This document shows, piece after piece, positions 7,979-14,031 of a DNA stretch of 32,000 nt (position 1 is the first letter of the stretch; each line of letters begins with the position of its first letter). The stretch is from Vulcanisaeta distributa DSM 14429 (GTDB taxonomy: Archaea > Thermoproteota > Thermoprotei > Thermoproteales > Thermocladiaceae): NCBI RefSeq assembly GCF_000148385.1, contig NC_014537.1, positions 540,001 through 572,000 of the forward strand, read 5' to 3'. Under the pieces are notes generated by a model. It searched no databases and was not told the origin of the DNA. It worked only from the letters and a program-made list of their open reading frames with translations. The translations under genes were made by a program, and so were the position numbers.

Positions 7979-8241
7979 TTCCCGACCATGCCTGATCCCC
8001 GAGGTGTCCCTGCCCCGGTGGGGGTTTCTCCACCCCACCGGGGCGCCTACCCACGCTGGCTTGTTTTCCTTGTTTTCGTTCTTTATCCTTCCTTTTCCCT
8101 GGCTAAGTGGGTGGTGAGGCCCCGGTGGGGTGGAGTAGCTGGCATCCCTGGGTGTCGCCGTGAGGCGGCTACCGGGGCTCTGCCGGTGAAACGACCCCGC
8201 TGGGGTAGGGATAAATCTCGGGGATCAGGCATGGACGGGAA
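7979..8241 (+). repeat. 25-nt inverted repeat (24 of 25, with a 17-bp perfect core) enclosing 213 nt; either RNA domain B or a MITE-like unit
   Basis: ttcccgaccatgcctgatccccgag (7979-8003) compared with the reverse complement of ctcggggatcaggcatggacgggaa (8217-8241) shows a single mismatch, at 7985/8235. The enclosed sequence holds a 13-bp hairpin (8011-8045), a 41-nt tract with only 4 purines (8060-8100), and nested helices with a GUGA tetraloop. Confidence 0.7.
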
Positions 8242-8509
8242 AAACGGGATTAAAGGGCAAACCCCCGATGACGCCGTAGGGAAACCTACGGCAGATGAAT
8301 TAAAACCCCACCGTTTGGGGGTTTACGGTGGGGACACTGAGAGCGGGGAGGGGAGGGGCGATAAGCCGACTAGGCTGCCTATGCTGCGTGAGGGCCACGC
8401 CGCGGATTGGGGCCCAGCCATAAGGATATGCTGGGGCGTCAAAGTAAAAGGCAAGAGAAGGCCAAGGTGTGGCGAGGAGGTCAGCGACGTGAGAGTAATC
8501 GAGGAGGTA

Positions 8510-9916
8510 ATGAAGTTGATTAACGAGTTCCTTGACCGAGTCGAGAGGCACAGGGATGTATTGTTGGGTGAATCAACAACGCCATTTGATAAGGCAATCA
8601 ACGATCTGAATGGCTGGTTAATGGCGATGGAAGAAAAGGCCAAGGAGAGCAATGACCCAACCACCACCGAACTGAGGAAGGCAATGATCGACATCGGCAG
8701 GAAGATGCTACAATTAGCCAGACAAGCCAGGAAAAAGTGGCTGACAGCATACCGAAAAGAGCTCGAGGAATTAATCGAAAAGTTAAGGAGGGGCGAGATA
8801 ATGATAATCGTGCGAGGTGAAGCACTCAATAAAAACAAGAGCTTTGGCATTTACTTTTACGCTAGAAACATAACAATTATAATAAGCAAGGTTGCCAACT
8901 CAAATAGTGTAATAATACACACAGTACTGGTAGGCCTTAGGGGTACTGACATCGTAATTCCCAGGTTGTTTGGTGATGATGTGCTCAAGCCCATGCGTTA
9001 TGGTTTGATGATGACCGATGGATCGATTGATAAAAGGGGCTACTTAGTGATGAACACCAACCAGCTTTGGCAGTCTGTGATGTGGATACTGACGTGGCCT
9101 GGGAGAAATGCTATGTGCATAGCCAGTATGAACCTCAATGAGACCAACGTCAACATCAAGTGGCGTTTAACGGCCGTTGATCATAGAAATGAAGTCGAGA
9201 GCAAAACCAAGGTTGCCGAGGAGGTTTCTAAGCTTAGTGATGAGGAGTTTCTAACGTTCCTATTGTTTACTATTTTTGGAGATGGTGATATCAATGTTGG
9301 GGTGAAGAGGATTGGGCTCACGATTGGTGATTTGAAGCACGAGTTGTGGAGGGGCATCATCGAGAGGATAAAGAACCTCGGCTTTAAAGATCACAATAAT
9401 AGGAATACTAAGGAGTATATGATTCACAGCTCAAAGGCTGTCGAGCTCGCCAGGAAGTGGCTCAGTAATGCGTTAATTAGGGTAATGATTGAGGACTTGA
9501 GCTCATTGCCCGACGCCGAGAAACTCAGGCGTTTAGTGGCGTTGGCTAGTGCGAAGGTTAAGCCGAGGGGTAGGTCGTCAGTTGAGGTCGCCGGCGTTAG
9601 GATGAATGTGCGCGTAGGAAATAATCGTGTAGAGCTTGTCATTATGCGTAGTAGGCTTGAGGACGCAGAGACAATCCTAAAGAAACTCAGAAACGCAGGC
9701 TATAACGCCAAGCTATCCAAACGAAACAAGAATTTCGCGGTCTACATAAACAACGATGAAATCAAGAAGTACCCAGAGCTTGTTGCCAAGGTCTGTGAGG
9801 TGCTTAGGAGGATGCATGAGGAGGCAGTGAACGAAGGCAAGACCGAGAGGGCTTGGAGGGTAGCTAAGGCGATGGCAAACCTAAACTGCCCCGCCCAGGG
9901 CCCACGGGCTCAATAG
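8510..9916 (+). CDS. 468-aa protein with two LAGLIDADG-like motifs (homing-endonuclease or maturase fold), an N-terminal coiled-coil-like region and an extra C-terminal domain
   Basis: GAGGAGG (8501-8507) lies 2 nt before ATG 8510. Motif 1 is MRYGLMMTDGSIDKRGY (nt 8993 onward). Motif 2 is FLTFLLFTIFGDGDINVGVKRIGLTIGD...IIERIKNLGF (nt 9248 onward). They are about 85 aa apart, as in single-chain double-motif LAGLIDADG enzymes such as I-DmoI. The track extends this ORF to 7973 (647 aa), but that upstream part is GC-rich, low-complexity (PRG-rich) and coincides with the helices, so I treat it as non-coding. It may belong to the poorly characterised PaREP2-type families of Thermoproteales; that is from memory and unverified. 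Confidence 0.6.
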   Translation: MKLINEFLDRVERHRDVLLGESTTPFDKAINDLNGWLMAMEEKAKESNDPTTTELRKAMIDIGRKMLQLARQARKKWLTAYRKELEELIEKLRRGEIMIIVRGEALNKNKSFGIYFYARNITIIISKVANSNSVIIHTVLVGLRGTDIVIPRLFGDDVLKPMRYGLMMTDGSIDKRGYLVMNTNQLWQSVMWILTWPGRNAMCIASMNLNETNVNIKWRLTAVDHRNEVESKTKVAEEVSKLSDEEFLTFLLFTIFGDGDINVGVKRIGLTIGDLKHELWRGIIERIKNLGFKDHNNRNTKEYMIHSSKAVELARKWLSNALIRVMIEDLSSLPDAEKLRRLVALASAKVKPRGRSSVEVAGVRMNVRVGNNRVELVIMRSRLEDAETILKKLRNAGYNAKLSKRNKNFAVYINNDEIKKYPELVAKVCEVLRRMHEEAVNEGKTERAWRVAKAMANLNCPAQGPRAQ

Positions 9917-10306
9917 AGATAAACCCTAATTCCGTAGATACTCAAATAACGATTTTCCTCAGCATTAACGAGGTAATAAAACCTAGTAATAGAGAGATAG
10001 GACATGATGCTCACAGTCTTCAGCCGAGGATTTGCTAAGCGTCACCCTGAATTACTTACTATATTCGGTGCCATTTATTGTCCATGCCCTTTACATGCTT
10101 GTATTGTTCAAGGGCAATCCGTATTAGGAGTGTTCATGCTGTTTTTAGGTGGCGTTTGCTAGTTTTTGTCTTTTCACACAGCATGTGCCTATATACGGTG
10201 TATGACATAGCGTCGCTATGGGCGACGCTGACGGCCCTTGGCATGGGCGAGAGACCCAGTGGGCGCGGTATCGTTGGTGTTTCACTGGTGATAACTACAA
10301 TTACAT

Positions 10307-10679
10307 TTACATTATTGGTGTATGGATGCCGCAAGGCCCAGGGAGCTCATTGATAAGTACCGACAACAGGTTAGGCAGTATTACCCAACAATTGATGATT
10401 ACCTGGATGCGCTTAAAGTGCTCGGTGGGTAGTTTCGAGAGCACCTCGTTATTTAATTCCACGGCCCTCCTAACCCTCTCCTTAGCCCTGCCCTTATCTG
10501 GGTTGTACTCGCCATAAACATCGAATTGAAGAATATCCGGTGCATCGAATTGAACAACGTCAGCACCAGCATCAAGCGCTGCCCTCACCTCATTAATTAT
10601 TATCTTCAATTATTATCTTCTTAAGTGCTCTAACAGCCATGTCTAGGTCTTCATCGGTTATGCAGTAAGGTTGTCCCAT
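10307..10679 (-). pseudogene. internal fragment of a cobalamin-independent methionine synthase (MetE/UROD-fold)-like gene, frameshifted by a 13-bp tandem duplication
   Basis: Reverse-strand reading from ATG 10679 gives MGQPYCITDEDLDMAVRALKKIIIEDNN*. The track ORF 10307..10609 reads (M)KIIINEVRAALDAGADVVQFDAPDILQ.... Removing one 13-bp copy joins them into ...LKKIIINEVRAALDAGADVVQFDAPD.... This resembles the MetE catalytic-domain block (E-x-x-x-L-x-x-AG-x-x-x-IQIDEPA), but at least 150 aa of N-terminal sequence and the C-terminal zinc-site region are absent. Homology probably ends near 10432. Confidence 0.4.
10595..10620. repeat. perfect 13-bp tandem duplication (aattattatcttc x2)
   Basis: Read directly: 10595-10607 is identical to 10608-10620. 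Confidence 0.95.
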
Positions 10680-10731
10680 TATTAAGCTTTTATTGAACGC
10701 ACTAAACAAACCCTTATTAGGGGTTCAATAA

Positions 10732-11202
10732 TTGATAACCCATGTGGAGGAATTGCTCAGGTTGATCAATGAGGAGAGCAGGAAGAGGGGCGTCACGACG
10801 GAATTATTCCTGGCCGATTTGCTGGCTCAGAGGCTTGACCCTAAGGATAGGGTTTACATATACCTGAAGATTCACGAGGAGCTACTTAAGCATAGTGATG
10901 AGGAGTACGTTAAGGGAGATCTGGTTCAGGCCAGTGAAAAGCTTTGGGGCGCGGTGGCTGCTTTACTGAACGCTATCGCTGAGGCTAGGGGTTGGGAGCA
11001 CTACAGCCACAGGGATTACGACGTAATAATCAATAGACTATTTAGGGAGACTGGTGATAAAGACCTACCACTTTACTTTGGAGCTGCCGAACGCTTGCAT
11101 GCTAACTTCTACCATAACTTCATGACGAAAGATGAGTATGAGTTGCATAGGGAGTACGTCCTTAGGTTAATAAATAAGTTGAGGGATTTATTAAAACGTT
11201 GA
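10732..11202 (+). CDS. PaREP1-family (HEPN-like four-helix) protein
   Basis: The 156-aa ORF carries the block GDLVQASEKLWGAVAALLNAIAEARGWEHYSHRDY...LHANFYHN, which matches my recollection of the archaeal PaREP1/PaREP8 family. RGWEHYSH fits the HEPN R-x(4-6)-H pattern. The more likely start is GTG 10744, about 28 nt after the ccttattagg TATA-like word. Confidence 0.6.
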   Translation: MITHVEELLRLINEESRKRGVTTELFLADLLAQRLDPKDRVYIYLKIHEELLKHSDEEYVKGDLVQASEKLWGAVAALLNAIAEARGWEHYSHRDYDVIINRLFRETGDKDLPLYFGAAERLHANFYHNFMTKDEYELHREYVLRLINKLRDLLKR

Positions 11203-11225
11203 TTGTGATTGCCGCTTACCGGTTA

Positions 11226-11237
11226 TTAAACGTTTAA
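11226..11237. promoter_or_regulatory. perfect 12-nt palindrome TTAAACGTTTAA just upstream of the pdxS TATA box
   Basis: Read directly. The TATA-like gctataataa lies at 11241-11250 and the pdxS start at 11269/11272. A near-copy of the left half (ttattaaaacgtt, 11188-11200) matches ttattaaacgttt (11223-11235). Confidence 0.3.
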
Positions 11238-11268
11238 CAAGCTATAATAATTCCTAAGCAAGCCTAAG

Positions 11269-12297
11269 TTGATGTCCGTAGCGCCCTCCTTCGAATACCT
11301 GGAGAAACTAAGGGACTTCTTCTACGGAATGCTGGAGCTCAGGGATAGGCTTAGGGAGAGGGGCTTTAGTTGGCCTAGGCCTTATGAACTAGACGGGATA
11401 ATCACCGGCACGGTGAAGGTTAAGGTCGGCTTCCCATCAATGCTTAGGAATGGGGTCATAATGGATGTGACGAATGTGGAGCAGGCGCAAATAGCCGAGG
11501 AGGCAGGCGCCGTGGGGGTCATGGTCCTGGATAAGTTGCCCTACGATGTGCGTAAGGCCGGTGGTGTGGCTAGGATGGCGGATGTTAAGGTCATTGAGGA
11601 CGTAATGAGGCACATAACAATACCCGTCTCTGCGAAGGTTAGGATTGGTCATTACTACGAGGCCTTCATACTCGAGCAAATAGGCATTGATTTGATAGAT
11701 GAGTCCGAGGTATTGACGCCGGTTGATGAGCAGCACCACATAAATAAGTGGTTGTTCTCGGTACCCTTCGTTAATGGATGCCGAGAGTTATGCGAGGCGC
11801 TTAGGAGGATTAGTGAGGGTGCATCAATGATAAGGTCTAAGGGTGAGGCGGGCACGGGCAACGTCAGTGAGGCTGTCAAGCACTTCAAGGTTCTTTATAA
11901 GGCGATTAATGAGTTGTACGCGGCATATGGGGATGGCGACGAGGAGAAATTGAGGGACTTCGCCAGGCAGTGCCAGGTGCCAATTGAGTTGGTGACCTTG
12001 ACGGCTAGGCTGGGCAGATTGCCGGTGATAACCTTCGCCGCCGGCGGTATAGCCACGCCAGCCGACGCGGCCTTAATGATGTGGCTCGGGGCTGATGGAA
12101 TCTTCGTCGGCTCAGGGATCTTCAAGAGCCAGGACCCGAGGGAGAGGGCTGAGGCTATCGTGATCGCCACAGCCCATTGGGATGACCCTGAGGTCGTCGT
12201 TGAGGCCCAGAGGATGGTTAGCGAGAAGGCATCCATGATGGGCATAGACATTAGGTCATTGAAGCCGGAGGAGTTACTCCAGGTCAGGGGTGTCTAG
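11269..12297 (+). CDS. pdxS: pyridoxal 5'-phosphate synthase, lyase subunit PdxS
   Basis: 342 aa with hallmark blocks: [97 protein letters not shown]. It has an N-terminal extension of about 40 aa. Confidence 0.95.
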   Translation: MMSVAPSFEYLEKLRDFFYGMLELRDRLRERGFSWPRPYELDGIITGTVKVKVGFPSMLRNGVIMDVTNVEQAQIAEEAGAVGVMVLDKLPYDVRKAGGVARMADVKVIEDVMRHITIPVSAKVRIGHYYEAFILEQIGIDLIDESEVLTPVDEQHHINKWLFSVPFVNGCRELCEALRRISEGASMIRSKGEAGTGNVSEAVKHFKVLYKAINELYAAYGDGDEEKLRDFARQCQVPIELVTLTARLGRLPVITFAAGGIATPADAALMMWLGADGIFVGSGIFKSQDPRERAEAIVIATAHWDDPEVVVEAQRMVSEKASMMGIDIRSLKPEELLQVRGV

Positions 12298-12913
12298 TGT
12301 GAGGGTCGGCGTACTTGCGCTTCAGGGTGATGTTGAGGAGCATGAATACGCCATTAAGAGGGCATCTGAGGAGTTGGGGATTAACGTGGATATCATAAGG
12401 GTTAAGAAGACCGAGCAGCTAAGCGACCTAAGCGCCTTGGTGATACCGGGTGGTGAGTCCACGACCATAGGCTCGTTGGCCAGACGCGTCGGCCTACTCG
12501 ATAGGCTCAGGGACTCGATAATCAATGGATTACCGACGCTAGGCACGTGCGCCGGCGCAATATTCATGGCCAGGGAGGTCAGGGATTCCGTGGTCGGCGA
12601 GACCGGGCAACCAATACTAGGCGTCATGGATATAGCAGTGGTTAGAAACGCCTTCGGTAGGCAAAGGGACTCCTTCGAGACCGACCTAAGCATTGACGGT
12701 ATTGGCACGGTTAGGGCAGTCTTCATTAGGGCCCCAGCCATAGTCAGGGCTTGGGGCAATGCGAGAGCGCTGGCTTACGTAAAGCACCCCAGGTTGGGTA
12801 ACGTCATCGCCGCGGCCCAGGAAGGCGACATGATGGCCACCGCATTCCATCCAGAACTGACTACAACGAAGGTACATAAGTATCTACTGGAACTGGCATT
12901 GGGTAAGCACTGA
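12290..12913 (+). CDS. pdxT: pyridoxal 5'-phosphate synthase, glutaminase subunit PdxT
   Basis: 207 aa with [33 protein letters not shown] (nucleophile Cys) and ATAFHPELT. The GTG start overlaps the pdxS stop by 8 nt, suggesting a coupled operon. Confidence 0.9.
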   Translation: MSSVRVGVLALQGDVEEHEYAIKRASEELGINVDIIRVKKTEQLSDLSALVIPGGESTTIGSLARRVGLLDRLRDSIINGLPTLGTCAGAIFMAREVRDSVVGETGQPILGVMDIAVVRNAFGRQRDSFETDLSIDGIGTVRAVFIRAPAIVRAWGNARALAYVKHPRLGNVIAAAQEGDMMATAFHPELTTTKVHKYLLELALGKH

Positions 12914-13014
12914 GTTTCGACGCCACTTGATTTAGTTAAAAATAATTAATAGCTCGGGCTCACCGCATTGAATTTCCATTATTATTAATGGGTGAGGGCT
13001 TGGCGGGTCGGGTT

Positions 13015-13023
13015 ATTGTTTAA
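13015..13023 (-). promoter_or_regulatory. copy of the TTAAACAAT motif (reads ATTGTTTAA on the + strand) upstream of the purS promoter
   Basis: Exact 9-mer, about 45 nt upstream of the purS TATA box. Confidence 0.35.
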
Positions 13024-13062
13024 TTATTTATTTAAATAATAATTGGCATTTTCTAAGGAAAA

Positions 13063-13073
13063 CCTTTAAATAA
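13063..13073 (+). promoter_or_regulatory. TATA box (cctttaaataa) of the purS-purQ-purT operon
   Basis: Centred 27 nt upstream of ATG 13095, the leaderless spacing typical of crenarchaea. Confidence 0.55.
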
Positions 13074-13094
13074 TTTTAATCATTTGATTAATTA

Positions 13095-13397
13095 ATGAAC
13101 GAGGCAGTGGGTAGGTACCTGGTCCACGTGGCTATCGTACTTAAGGGTTCCCGTGATCCCGAGGGTGAGACCATATTAAGAGACCTGGTTTTAGCCAGTG
13201 GGTTTAGTGATGTTAATAGGGTTGTCAGTGGTAAGTACCTAGGCTTTATTGTGAGGGCTAGGGATGATGCGGAGGCTGTCAGGTACGTTAGGGATGTCTG
13301 CGAGAAGACCAGGGTCTTCAACCCAACGGTTCACAGACTGATAATACTGGGTGTTGAGAATGCCGAGGGTAGCGGTGATCAGGTTTCCAGGTACTAA
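13095..13397 (+). CDS. purS: phosphoribosylformylglycinamidine synthase subunit PurS
   Basis: 100-aa ORF with the PurS pattern: [24 protein letters not shown]...[18 protein letters not shown]. It lies directly upstream of purQ, and its 3' end overlaps the purQ start. Confidence 0.85.
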   Translation: MNEAVGRYLVHVAIVLKGSRDPEGETILRDLVLASGFSDVNRVVSGKYLGFIVRARDDAEAVRYVRDVCEKTRVFNPTVHRLIILGVENAEGSGDQVSRY

Positions 13398-14031
13398 TGG
13401 GGACCTTGACGTGATCCACGTGCTCAGGAATGTGGTTAGGGTTGACGCCGAGTTGGTTTGGCATGAGGACTTTAGGCACGGCATTTACGACGCCGTGGTG
13501 GTCCCTGGAGGCTTTAGTTATGGGGATTGGCTGAGGGCAGGTGCGATAGCCGCCAGGTCCAGGGCGATGAAGGAGGTCGTTATGGATGCCGAGGGTGGGG
13601 TGCCCGTGCTTGGTATCTGCAACGGCTTCCAGATACTCGTTGAGGCGGGGCTACTGCCTGGGGCGTTGCTGCCCAATGACCCACCCAGGTTCATAGCCAA
13701 GTGGGTGTGGGTTAGGGTTAATGATGCTAAGACACCCTTCACCAGGCTATACGAGCCTGGTGAGGTGATCTCGATGCCCATCGCCCACGGTGAGGGCAGG
13801 TACTTCATAGATAATATTGATGAGGTCAAGGTGGCCTTCACGTACTTTGGGGAGAACCCTAACGGCTCCGTAGCCTCGATAGCCGGGGTGGTGAATTACG
13901 AGGGTAATGTACTTGGGCTAATGCCGCACCCTGAGAGGTCAGCAGAGGCCGTGCTGGCCCCAAGGGGCTTCATGCCAGGTGGACTTAAGCTTTGGCTCAG
14001 CCTCAGGGAGAGTCTCAGGGGTGGTTGGTGA
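13351..14031 (+). CDS. purQ: phosphoribosylformylglycinamidine synthase glutaminase subunit PurQ
   Basis: 226 aa with [32 protein letters not shown] (nucleophile Cys) and LMPHPER. The track start is GTG 13351; ATG 13360 (MPRVAVIRF) is an equally good start. Confidence 0.9.
   Translation: MLRMPRVAVIRFPGTNGDLDVIHVLRNVVRVDAELVWHEDFRHGIYDAVVVPGGFSYGDWLRAGAIAARSRAMKEVVMDAEGGVPVLGICNGFQILVEAGLLPGALLPNDPPRFIAKWVWVRVNDAKTPFTRLYEPGEVISMPIAHGEGRYFIDNIDEVKVAFTYFGENPNGSVASIAGVVNYEGNVLGLMPHPERSAEAVLAPRGFMPGGLKLWLSLRESLRGGW

Larger units (their letters stand above)
7328..8509 (+). ncRNA. candidate large structured RNA, or highly structured 5' leader of the downstream ORF; family not recognised
   Basis: Hand counts give 63, 77, 73 and 68% G+C for the four 60-nt lines 7441-7680, against 40% for 8881-8940 inside the adjacent ORF. 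Overlapping ORFs are open in several frames on both strands, which argues against codon signal.
Dense perfect helices:
- 7339-7347/7377-7385 enclosing 7353-7360/7366-7373
- 7404-7413/7460-7469
- 7473-7487/7685-7699 (15 bp perfect)
- 7979-8003/8217-8241 (24 of 25)
- 8011-8023/8033-8045
- 8119-8126/8171-8178 enclosing a GUGA-loop hairpin at 8154-8169
- a GAAA-loop hairpin at 8273-8292
- 8306-8313/8326-8333
The G-T pairs in these helices are valid G-U only if the + strand is transcribed. Confidence 0.6.

Noticed and set aside
7973-8509. N-terminal 179 codons of the 647-aa track ORF (7973..9916).
   Set aside because: The translation is PRG-rich and low-complexity, and it coincides with the 25-nt inverted repeat and the tetraloop hairpins. 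A perfect GAGGAGG Shine-Dalgarno word precedes the internal ATG at 8510, where sequence composition switches to normal coding. I cannot fully exclude a real long protein without comparative data.
7328-8509. Whether the GC-rich RNA is simply RNase P RNA, SRP (7S) RNA, an rRNA fragment or a group II intron.
   Set aside because: I looked for the RNase P CR-I word GAGGAAAGUCC and its CR-V partner, and found only ccaggaaagtaag at about 7709. I looked for the SRP helix-8 GGAA/AGCA arrangement with 5'-3' end pairing, for 16S/23S landmark words, and for a 34-nt domain-V-like hairpin with a bulge. None is present on either strand. This is an eye search only, so cmscan is still needed.
10078-10517. Track ORFs 10078..10353+, 10134..10334- and 10218..10517+ in the debris region.
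   Set aside because: They overlap one another, have no promoter or Shine-Dalgarno context, give unconvincing translations, and lie in sequence that looks like decayed fragments.
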